DNA of 64,000 nt from Mobula hypostoma (taxonomy: Eukaryota). The stretch is from positions 33,048,001 through 33,112,000 of the forward strand of contig NC_086108.1 in NCBI RefSeq assembly GCF_963921235.1, written 5' to 3'. The notes under the pieces are model-generated. The model made no database searches and had not been told where the DNA came from. It was given only the letters and a program-made list of their open reading frames with translations. The position numbers and the translations under genes are program-made. Positions 49,256-59,701 of the stretch are shown one piece after another (the first letter of the stretch is position 1; every line of letters begins with the position of its first letter).

Positions 49256-49655
49256 TCCATAGGAGCAGAATTAGGCCATCTGGCCCATCAAGTCTGCTCC
49301 GCCATTCCATCATGGCTGATCCTTTTTCTCTATCTCCTCTTCAACCCCAGTTCTCAGCCTTCTCCTTGTAACCTTTGATGCTATGTCCAATCAAGAACCT
49401 ATCAATCTCTGCCTTAGAGCACCCAATGACCTGGCCTCCACAGCTGCATGTGGCAACAAATTCCACAAATTCCCTCTGGCTAAAGAAATTTCTCTGCATC
49501 TCTGTTTTGAAAGGATGCTCCTCTATCCTGAGGCTGTGCCCTCTTTTCCTAGACTCTCCCACCATGGGAAACATCTTTTCCACATCTACTCTGTCTAGGC
49601 CTTTCAACATTTGAGAGGTTTCAATGAGATCCCCCTTCATCCTTCTGAATTGCAG
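49256..49655 (-). mobile_element. CR1 3' fragment
   Basis: RRMKGDLIET..MLKGLDRVD peptide; closely similar to 1044-1440. Confidence 0.88.
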
Positions 49656-50400
49656 CGAAATCAAAGTGACTAAGCAGTGAGTATGAGAGAGGCTGAGAGA
49701 CAAGTAAGAGAAAGATGTAAATTTGGAACCAAGCTTTGGGGAAATGTTAGTTTTGGTCTGATTGATATGGGGGAGGAAGGAAAATAGCCTAGACCAGGTG
49801 GTCTCAAGAAATCTATGAGCTCCCCATTGCTGTATTGGGAATGTGGATAGAGGAAACAGTTTGCTGTGGGGGAAAGATACAGCAAATTACCCCTGAAGTG
49901 CAGGATGGTTACAGAAGAGTAAACTGCTTTGCAAGTAAGACCAAAACCCAGTGGTAGACTGTGTCATCCAGCCAGACCTAAAGAGGATTGGTTACTCCAG
50001 CTGGTACAGGCCTGAAGTGCTGTAGGCAAGCTGTATGATACCCTGATTCTGTATTATCAGGAGGAGTGGGTAAGGAATGTAGGCACATGGCGAAAAAAGC
50101 AGACTGGAGGGCTGCAGTCCAGAGTGGCAGATAGTACGTACATACTAATACGTTCACAGAGAAAGAATTTTATAGGCTTGATTTATGGAAATCAGTTAGA
50201 TTTACAATCCTGGGAACACATGGGTGTGGGGGGGTGGTGAAGAAACAAGAATGAAGTGCAAAGGTAAAGCAGGAGATCTTGGGGTGAGATAAAGCTGATC
50301 TGAGCTATATGGCACATCAACAACCTGCATTGAATATCGGAGATGTAAATATGAGTTTAGACGTAATTATTTGGAAGAAGCCTTAGTAACAACTGGTAGA

Positions 50401-50433
50401 GCTTCTTGGCCTTTTGATTGAGATCAAGTGTAG
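50401..50433 (+). pseudogene. U2 snRNA 5' fragment (about nt 4-36)
   Basis: GCTTCTTGGCCTTTTGATTGAGATCAAGTGTAG matches the recalled U2 sequence GCTTCTCGGCCTTTTGGCTAAGATCAAGTGTAG at 29/33 nt. Confidence 0.75.
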
Positions 50434-50927
50434 CGTAGCAGTAATAGATGCTGCCTCACAATTGCTGAGATCTTCAATCAAGACTGTGCTACCAGTGAGG
50501 GGTTTGCATGCCATCTCTGTAGCTACATTTTCTCTTCAGGCGCCCTGGTCAGTGGGTGAAACTGCATGTTGCCCCTAAGGTGCAGGAAAACAGTGGAATC
50601 AGTGGGGTGAGGATGAGAATGAAGGGAGAGTAAAATGGGAGCAGTGTAGGATTGATGTTATTGGCTGTGTGATGATGGACATGGAACTGGTATTAGAGTT
50701 GGTTTATCATTGCCACATGTACCAAAATAAAGTGAACAGCTTCCCACTGCTGTTCTGTAAGGGGCTTGTATGCTCTTCCCGTTTCCTCCAGGTGCTCCAG
50801 TTTCCTCCCACAGTCCAAAGACATACCAGCTGGTCATTGTAAATTGTCCCATGATTAGGCTAGGGTTAATTTGGGGGTTGTTTAGGCTGAAAGTCCTATG
50901 CTGTATCTCAATAAATATAAATATAAA
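50434..50927 (+). mobile_element. V-SINE-like fragments (old copy ~50434-50680, younger partial copy ~50742-50927)
   Basis: GCTGCCTCACA head relic; V-domain-like TTTCCTCCAGGTGCTCCAGTTTCCTCCCACAGTCCAAAGAC; GCTGTATCTC followed by an A/T-rich tail. Confidence 0.65.
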
Positions 50928-51706
50928 GAATTTGCCTTGTGTACTGTGCATAAAGATCAAATCATGACACTCTACATTGAGAAAGGTCAAAGTAACACAA
51001 TAACAATGCAGAATAAAGCAAAACAGCTACAGAGAAAGTGCAGTGGAGATAAACAAAGTGAAAGATCATAATGAAGTGATTGTGAGGTCAAAGGTCTGTT
51101 TTTCTTTGATAGCAGAGGAAAGAATAGACGAATGCACTGATTGAATGTAATAAAATAGGATAAGAGTGACACATGACTGTAAAAGAGGGCTGGAGCAGTT
51201 TGTCTATTGGCTTATTTCTGTGCTGTAAGTTCCTTCATTAATAATAGATATACACAAACAGAACATGAGCATTATTTCGCCCCAGGAGTTTATAATTCAT
51301 ACCTGACAAATCATCAGCCACCCAGCCTCCTAATACCCTTCCTCAGGTGCTGCCATAAAGCTTTGTTATTACCTACTGAATTTAATTTACAAGCAGCGCT
51401 CCTCGCTGATTCAATATGCAGATGGTGTCTGTGACATGCTGCTACTGGGAAGCAGATTTGCAGATCTGGTGAGTGGGATCGAACACACTGATTTGCGAGT
51501 AAACACGTTAACTATTTATTTACAAGACAAACGGTGACACACCCAGCCAAACGTCTAAGTCAAACGAGTACTTTTCTAAGCCCCCTCAGTTACAAGACCT
51601 CGACTCTAAACATTTAATGACCCTTCAAACTAAACTCGGTTACTGAATCTTATCTAATTGGAGAGCCTGAAGTGGCAGGACAAAACAGACACTAAACATA
51701 CACACA

Positions 51707-52566
51707 TAGAAACATAGAAAACAAAACAGCACAATACAGGCCCTTCGGCCCACAAAGTTGTCCCTACCTTAGAAATTACTAGGCTTACCTATAGCCCTCT
51801 ATTTTTCTAAGCTCCATGTACCTATCCAAAAGTCTCTTAAAAGACCCTATCATATCTGTCTCCACCTCCATTGCCGGCAGCCCATTCCACGCACTCACCA
51901 CTCTCTGCATAAAAAAACTTACCCCTGGCATCTCCTCTGTACCTACTCCCCAGCACCTTAAATCTGTGCCCTCTTGTGGCAACCATTACAGCCCTGGGAA
52001 AAAGCCTCTGACTATCCACACGATCAATGCCTCTTGTCATCTTATACACCTCTATCAGGCCACTTCTCATCCTCCGTCGCTCCAAGGAGAAAAGGCCAAG
52101 TTCACTCAACCTATTCTCATAAGGCATGCTCCCTAATCCAGGCAGCATCCTTGTAAATCTCCTCTACACCCTTTCTATGGTTTCCACATCTTTCCTATAG
52201 GGAGGCGACCAGAACTGAGCACAGTACTCCAAGTGGGGTCTGACCAGGGTCCTATATAGCTGCAACATTACCTCTCAGCTCCTAAATTCAATTCCACGAT
52301 TGATGAAGGCCAATGCACTGTACACCTTCTTAACCACAGAGTCAACCTGCGCAGCTGCTTTGAGCATCCTATGGACTCGGACCCCAAGATTCCTCTGATC
52401 CTCCACACTGCCAAGAGTCTTCCCATTAATACTATATTCTGCCATCATATTTCACCTACCAAAATCAACCATTTCACACTTATCTGGGTTGAACTCCATC
52501 TGCCACTTCTCAGCCCAGTTTTGCACCCTATCGATGTCCCGTAGTAAACCCTGACAGCCGTCCACA
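51707..52566 (-). mobile_element. CR1 3' fragment inserted in the ERV 3' LTR
   Basis: (TTTCTATG)n tail, YENRLSELGLFSLERRRMR peptide, TSD ACACA (51702-51706 / 52567-52571). Confidence 0.92.
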
Positions 52567-52879
52567 ACACAGGCAAATAGTTAACTAGAATGTTGCATGG
52601 GCCATCTGTGCAACAGCATATCCCCCCCCCCTTTACCATTTCTGTTGCACCCTTGTCTACCTGGTCCATGGCAACCCAAAAGGAAGAAGAGACCATGTGA
52701 TCACCGTGTGCTAGATTTAAACAGCACCGCACTGTGATGCCATCATCTGAACGGAAGGTTGTGGGAGGGGCTGCAACGTCCTTACTCAGGCCAGTCTCGA
52801 CCTCCCATGGGGGAGTCACTTTGATGAGTAAGTAAGTTAGGATACTTACTATTACATCCAGCCCCTTGAAAGTCACAAT

Positions 52880-53801
52880 GCCGTGATATTTAACCTACAG
52901 ACTAGTATAACCCTCATGGACGCCCCACCATACAAGTAGTACCCAGAATTACCAGCTCACCAGTTATTACCCAGTGTGTTACAGCAGTCCACCAGCCTCC
53001 CAAATGCCTCCAATACCAACCGAATCCCCTCACCCGGGGTATAGTAGACTTTATGGAACTGACCCCTGACTTTCCTGGTCTTATTTACTGACTGCTGGCT
53101 GTGATCAGCCAGGTGAGTAATGGTCCAGATGCACTAGGGATGTAGGTGAAGCATTCCTGACTAATCGCAGCACAGGTTCCACCTTTCTCCATCAGCAGGT
53201 AGTCTAAGGCCATCCAATTCTGTAAGACAACCATTCGAAGAGCCATAATTTCAGTTGACAGTCACGTCCGTGCATCCTCCATTTGCTTGAGCACTGCTGC
53301 CTTCTCATTGGCCAGTGCATCCATGCGTATGAGTTCCCGGGACAGCCTGGCTGTACCATACAAGCGAAAGGCTATCATCCAGAACCTTTCTGCCTCAGTG
53401 ATAGGCCTCTTATTGTGCTGACCCTCATAGGCAGGGTGCTCATTCAGGCTATTAATGTATAAATGTACGGTACCATGTACCCCGAATAGCAGCAGCTGTA
53501 AGCCCAACTGCATCATATCAAATACATACCGTTTAGTGATCGGGAGTGCCACCTTCACAACAACATTCGGTGCAGACACAGTGGTCCCAGGATAGAGCTC
53601 TCTCTTACACTCACTGTGCCCCACTGACTGGTTGGAGCTGTGCTCATCGTACTACCTGCACCAACCCTCCTTCCCCTATCATGTGGCAGAGTGCTAACTC
53701 TCTGAGTCGGGACCCAGGATTAGACAAATCATACATAGGGAAGTGCCAGCCCTTAAAACACTTGCTGTACCGGAGGTTTACAAGTATTTTAATGCCATTC
53801 C
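52880..53801 (-). pseudogene. env: Retroviral env pseudogene, gamma-type (SU C-terminus + TM)
   Basis: WAY..CCYSGYMVPYI; furin-like HNKR; fusion-peptide-like FWMIAFRLYGTARL; ISD LQNWMALDYLLMEKGGTC; CAAISQECF (decayed CX6CC); Trp-rich GWYWRHLGGWW then hydrophobic WVITGELVILG; in-frame stop at 53262-53264 and frameshifts. Confidence 0.9.
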
Positions 53802-55523
53802 TGTCGTGTTTTCAATATTTCAGTAATATTTGGTAATATTGTAAATGTATTGTTTGATTCCTTGTTTGTTTACATAATTCATTATGGGTGATATTTAAGA
53901 AGTATGTGAATGGCGTACGTCATTATGTCACTGGGTCATAAGTGAGCGCTCCTCTAAAGTAAAACAAAATAGACATAGTCTCCCATGTTTTTCTTTTGAT
54001 TAATTTCTGAAGTTACAAAAAATAGCAGTGGTGATGAGGTAGTTTAAAAATGAACCTGAGACCATCACCTACCTGTTGAAATGCAGCAAGACATTTAAGT
54101 TCAAAAAAAGTGCAGCACAGTTTTTTTCTTTGAAATGGGAGATAGAGACATTTGAGACATAAAAAAAATGCACAGCACATATTTCCTTGCACAGGGAGAA
54201 ATATGGCCAAGTTAAAAAAGGCAGAAAGTGGATAATAAATTTTGAAAAGCAAACAGAAATGGCAGGCTAAATCAGAAAGGTCTGATTATACAACAGCCAT
54301 CTGGATTATGTATACTGAATAAATTGAGCAGTATTTTGAAGCAAGTGAATTAGCCTATGAAAAGTGAGTGTCAGTGTTACTGAGTGCAATACATGGAAAA
54401 GATTATAGTTCCCTTAGCAGATTAACCACTCCAACTATACCAGCCTAAATGAGCTTTGCTGATATCGTGAACATAATACAGAAACATTTAGAACCAAAAC
54501 CATTGTTGATTACAGAGCACTTTAGGTTTCACAAGTGGAATAGAAGGAAACGGAGCCCATTTCAGCTTACGTGTCTGAAGTGAGGAAATTGTCTGAGTAT
54601 TGTCATTTCAGTGACAGCTTAAAATGCACTGAGAGATCATTTAGTTTGTGGAACCTTACAAGAAAGCATTCAAATCCAGCTTCTAACTGAATCACTTACA
54701 TTTAAAAGAGCAGTTGAAATCACCACATCAATGGAAACAGCAGCCAGCGATGCAATTGAGTTGCACTCAGGAATGCAAGTGAGCCTGAAGAAGATTGCAA
54801 CATCTAAGCAAAAACCTGCCTGTCTGAACAAACTGTGTTACTGTTGTAACTGGAGCTCATATACACCAGACCAATGCAGGTTTAAAGGCAAAACTTTCAG
54901 AAAATGCAACCAAGCAGGACACATAAAAAGAGCATGTCGGGCAGACAAAAATAAATGGATTGAACAGGGAAGAGAAAAAGATAGACAGTCAAGTTGCAGT
55001 TTCAAAAAGAGCACCAATCTGCATGCTGTTGATGACAAATCTGATAATAATGAGAATGATACAGCTCTGCGTGGACTTCAGTTTTACTATGCGAAAACTG
55101 ACAAGAGACAAGCAATATAGCTTACACCATAAGTGAATGGCAAATTAATTAAAATGGAATTGGACACTGCCTCAACTGTTTGTCTTCCAACAAAATGCAT
55201 TTGAATGGTATTTCAGATACTGAACTGAAGCCTGCAGATATCCAACTAAGAACTTATACTGGAGAAAAGATAACTCCTGTGGTATTGGTATTTGTAACAG
55301 TGAAATACAACAACCAACAACCAACATACATTGGGTGAAAACAGAAGGAACAGCATTGTGGGGACATAAGTGGCTGAGAGAACTACAGCTTGACTGGAGA
55401 TCCATTTACCATCTGCAGTGTTCAAGGATGACATTGGAAAATTCAAACATATTAATGGTAAAATAGTGTTAAATGAAAAGCCCATCTCGTTCCTTTACCA
55501 TCCGTGACGGAGTGGCCAGTGAG

Positions 55524-56313
55524 CAATTTTCCCTGTAATTTGTAATGACCTGTGTGTGCAAAAATCTTGTTCCGTGCACTTTTTTGTCCAGTGACTACAA
55601 GATGTGCACACTGAATTTTATATATAGAGCTATTCACTTTGACAGCTAACAAAACATTGTCTATAAGAACTTTGATCTTCACTGGGCTTGGTCATTTTCG
55701 CTCTTGTTCATCTGCACTCTCACAGAATATATGTAGCAGGCCTGCTACATAATAAAGATTCTCTTGCCGGAGTTTTTGCACACTGTCCACATATGATTTG
55801 CTTGCTGAATGATGCTTTAAAAAGTCAAGTTTCTAAATATCACTCCACTTCTTCCCACTTGCAAATTCTCCAGCAACTTTTGCATCACAACAATACATGC
55901 AGCTAACACCAGTTTCTATATTGTACATAAATATTTTTCATAGCTGCATGCTCCTGACCTCATGAGCTTTCAGTGTAGCAGATCTACTGTTTCATTAAGC
56001 CATGAACTAGCAGATCTTTTGTGCTTCACACCCTTAGCGTCTTTGGAATTCAATATGGTAAATCAATAATTTCTCCAATAAAAACAGTATAAGCAAGCCA
56101 TTTCTAAAATCTGCAGACAAATCATTGCAACTCCACGTTGTCAACACCGTCCCACATCAGAAACCGGAAAAGGAAATGTGATTGTGTATGAATGTGAAAT
56201 ATACTTAACATGCCAATGAGGTAGAGGGTGACAACCTTTTGTGTAAAATTTAAATTCCTTTCAGCGCTAGTAACAATAGATGTGTGTGCGTGCAAACCTT
56301 AGTGGGAATATTG
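55524..56313 (-). mobile_element. Non-autonomous hAT (Tip100-like) element
   Basis: TIRs CAATTTTCCCTGTAA / TTAGTGGGAATATTG; 8-bp TSD CCAGTGAG / CCTGTGAG; minus-strand zinc-finger relic CMYCCDAKVAGEFASGKKW..KLDFLKHH. Confidence 0.8.
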
Positions 56314-56474
56314 CCTGTGAGTTAGATCACATGGAGGCTGAAGAAATTATTTCCAAGTTTAAGTGGAGCCCCATGTGCAATGCCAGTGGTCCCAGCAGCC
56401 ACAAAGAATGGGTCTGTCAGGATCTGTAGTGATTTTAAGTTTATCATTAACCCAGTAGACCAATACCATCTGTA

Positions 56475-58005
56475 AAAATAGTGGCCTCACTTTTCATTGG
56501 CTAATTCATTTGCTTCAAAATACTGCTCAGGTTGCCAGTTTGTTGGTTTAGTCTCGTGTGATACCTCGTTCTCTTGTCCGCTTAGAACCGTTAGTTTTAA
56601 GTTTAGTTCTAAGTTCTGCTCTAGTTTCAAGATAGTCCCTGTAGATCCCGTCTCCTTGCCAAGATTCCTCTGGTTTGCTGTTCTACGTTCACATCTACGC
56701 CAGCATCCCCAACTCAGTCGACATGATGGTGTCCTGCACTTGGGTTCACCTCAGTCGCCCCATGAAACATTTATTCAGTATACATGATCCAGTTTTCTGT
56801 TGTAAAATCAGACCTTTCTGATTTAGCCTGCCATTTCTGATTGCTTTTTAAAATTTATTATCAATTTTCTGCCTTTTTTAACATTAGTATATTTCTCCAC
56901 ATGCGAAGAAACACGTGTTGTGCTTTTTTAAAAATCTCAAACATCTGTATTTTCCCTTTCAAAGAAAAAAATGTGCAGCACTTTTTTAAAACTCGAATGA
57001 CTTGCTGCATTTCAACAGTTAGGTGTTGCACTCAGGTTTATTTCAGAACTACCTCATCGCCACTGCTATTTTTTGTAACTTCAGAAATTAATCAAAAGAA
57101 AAACATGGGAGACTATGTCTATTTTGTTTTACTTTAGTGGAGCGCTCACTTATGACCCAGTGACATAATGACGTACGCCATTCACATACTTCTTACATAT
57201 CACCCATAATGAATTATGTAAACAAACAAGGAATCAAACAAAACATTTACAATATTATTCAGTGTTACTGAAATATTGATTAAATGACAGGAATGACCTT
57301 AAATACTGAAGTCTCAGTAACCCCCAGTGGAAAAAGTGTTTTAAGGGCTGGCACTTCCCTACGTATGATTTGTCTAATCCTGGATCCCGACTCAGAGAGT
57401 TAGCACTCTGCCACATGATAGGGGAAGGAGGGTTGGTGCAGGTAGTACGATGAGCACAGCTCCAACCAGTCAGTGGGGCACAGTGAGTGTAAGAGAGAGC
57501 TCTATCCTGGGACCACTGTGTCTGCACCGAATGTTGTTGTGAAGGTGGCACTCCCGATCACTAAACGGTATGTATTTGATATGATGCAGTTGGGCTTACA
57601 GCTGCTATTCGGGGTACATGGTACCATACATTTATATATTAACAGCCTGAATGAGCACCCTGCCTATGAGGGTCAGCACAATAAGAGGCCTATCACTGAG
57701 GCAGAAAGGTTCTGGATGATAGCCTTTCGCTTGTATGGTACAGCCAGGCTGTCCCGGGAACTCATACGCATGGATGCACTGGCCAATGAGAAGGCAGCAG
57801 TGCTCAAGCAAATGGAGGATGCACGGACGTGACTGTCAACTGAAATTATGGCTCTTCGAATGGTTGTCTTACAGAATTGGATGACCTTAGACTACCTGCT
57901 GATGGAGAAAGGTGGAACCTGTGCTGCGATTAGTCAGGAATGCTTCACCTACATCCCCGATGAGACTGGACCATTACTCACCTGGCTGATCCTATCCAGC
58001 AGTCC
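56475..58005. repeat. Right arm of the inverted duplication of ~53090-54375 (interrupted by an LTR-like fragment at 56531-56769)
   Basis: Reverse complement of env TM/SU, Gypsy LTR, PBS and gag start; ORFs 57473-57832(+) and 53262-53624(-) are nearly identical. Confidence 0.95.
57335..58005 (+). pseudogene. env: Second (inverted) env copy, truncated before the membrane anchor
   Basis: HNKR, LQNWMTLDYLLMEKGGTCAAISQECFTYIP; shares the TGA stop (57830-57832) with the first copy. Confidence 0.9.
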
Positions 58006-58194
58006 ATTTTAGAATTTGTCCATTACTATGAGAGGTTTCTTCCAAAACTGGCTACCCTGCTCTACCCTTTGAACTCATTACTACAGATTGCGAAGAAATG
58101 GCAATGGACAAAGCAGTGTGAGGTGGCTTTCCGAAAGGCAAAGGAAATGGTGAGGATTAAATCAAACACCCATCCAATACAGCTTTAACAAACA

Positions 58195-58855
58195 CAAAGG
58201 TTCAAAGGTTCAAGGGTTCGTTCATTATCAAACTGCACAACTCTGAAATTCTTCTTCTCTGGGTAGCCATGAAACCAAGAAAGAAAAGAAAGGGAGGACA
58301 ATCATCAACCCCCAAACCCCACTCCAGGCACAGAAAAATGAGAAAGATTGAGCAAAAAAACACAAAATATAAAAAACTATAAGTCTGAAAGTATCCAAGC
58401 CCACATCCGAAGTGCAGAAAACCTGAGTAACACTCTCAGGGCGCAATGGCAGGCTCTGCCCTCTCTATAGCAGAGTGATCAAAAGGCAGGCAGCCGGAGC
58501 TCACCCTTTGCACTTCCCTCAATGTTTCAATCTCCTTCATCGCTTTAATCACCGCACAATGGAAGCTTTAATCGGTGCAATTGAGTCAAACTGCCTTGTG
58601 GCCCATCCTGCAGCCTGCCCACTTTGAGATTCGCGCATAATGCCTCTGTCTCCTGGAATCCTCTTGCAGACTTGCAGAGCGCTGAGGCACCCAAATGATT
58701 ACCAAGCAGAAAATCACAGGCTTCAATGGTTCCAGAAATACTTCCAAGAAGAAAAACAAACATAAAGGACATAAAAGAATTGAAATACATGGTTTCATGA
58801 TCTATCCAGAAGATGTCGACCAAAGGAATGTTATACGCAGGCACCATCTTGACCT
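58195..58855 (-). mobile_element. Non-coding LINE-derived/SINE-like element
   Basis: Minus strand begins AAGATGGTGCC and ends in a (TGAACCT)n-type tail; no ORF or clear TSD. Confidence 0.5.
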
Positions 58856-58872
58856 CTCCTCAAGACAGATTT

Positions 58873-58914
<42 letters not shown>

Positions 58915-58979
58915 ATAAACTCACGCAAGCCACACCTTATGTAACATTTTTCCAAACTCAAGCCATTCATGGGGATGTG

Positions 58980-59356
58980 GGGGCAGGTAAGGGACAGGGC
59001 ACATGACCCACTCCCTCTTTGGCCTGGCTGTGTGCTTTCCCCATGATGGTACAATGCTGGTGTAGCACTTCCATCTCATTCTTGAGACTTGCTATCTCCT
59101 GCTTTCTCTGTGTGATCGTCACGTGCTGGTGCTTTACAATGACTGCCAGCAGTCAGAAAGCATCCCTGAGGCTCTCCTTCCTCTTGGGGAACCCTACCTT
59201 ATTAAGCACGAACAATATATGGTGTCTGATTTTCACCCTGCTGACATCCAACTTGTCTGACCAGTCTTCAGGCACCTTGTAGTCCGCCAGTAGGTTAGTG
59301 GGAGTCCCAAGTTCCGCACTATTGTCAGTCCACCCCTGGGTCTCAACGTTGATCAT
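58980..59356 (-). pseudogene. Putative ERV gag N-terminal stub
   Basis: Frame MINVETQGWTD...LRDAF*LLAVIV...QEIASLKNEMEVL starts ~75 nt downstream of the PBS; assigned by position only. Confidence 0.45.
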
Positions 59357-59428
59357 GCGGGGTGGTGGGGGGGGGGAAACTCTCTCTCTTATTCTTCTTT
59401 TAAAGACCCTCATCTTCTGTTCAATCAC

Positions 59429-59446
59429 CGAATCCTGCTGACGCCA
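59429..59446 (-). promoter_or_regulatory. ERV primer-binding site, tRNA-Ser-like
   Basis: TGGCGTCAGCAGGATTCG lies 2 nt inside the 5' LTR; equals the recalled Ser(AGA) PBS TGGCGTAGTCGGCAGGATTCG with a 3-nt deletion and one substitution. Confidence 0.6.
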
Positions 59447-59701
59447 AACGTTACAGGGAAGCAGATTCATGGATTTGGTGTATGGGATAGAAGACACTGA
59501 TCGTGAGTAAGCTCATTTATTTAGAGAACAAACAGTGAAACACCCAACCAAACATATAAGTCAAACAAGCATTTATTTAAGCCCCTTGGGTTACAAGATC
59601 ACAACACTAAACATTCAATGACCATTCAAGCTAAACTCGGTTACAGATTATTAACTAAACTGAGAGCCTGAAGTGGCAGGACCAAACAGACACTAAACAT
59701 A

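Larger units (their letters stand above)
43080..50350 (-). mobile_element. Probable ancient L2-like LINE relic in pieces (43080-43430, 48025-48750, 48940-49250, 49655-50350)
   Basis: Purine-rich + strand and weak motifs such as CAGTTTAAGGCATGGCCAACAATGGTGG; no clear ORF; family assignment tentative. Confidence 0.3.
53802..58152 (+). mobile_element. Decayed Ty3/gypsy element (5' LTR 53802-54027, gag, PR, partial RT) inserted in the ERV env
   Basis: TG...CA LTR followed by PBS TGGTGATGAGG (decayed tRNA-Ser TGGCGACGAGG); gag IEQYFEA..HLEPKPLLI.E.FRFHK, twin knuckles in ORF 54731-55120; KMELDT protease; RT NGSVRIC.DFK (56400-56470) resuming as YY.RFLP.LAT.L.PL...WQWTKQCE.AF at 58007-58152. Confidence 0.87.

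Noticed and set aside
53262..53624. Domesticated syncytin-like env gene
   Set aside because: In-frame stop before the ISD, frameshifts, CX6CC decayed to CX6CF, and N-terminus lost to a Gypsy insertion in both copies.
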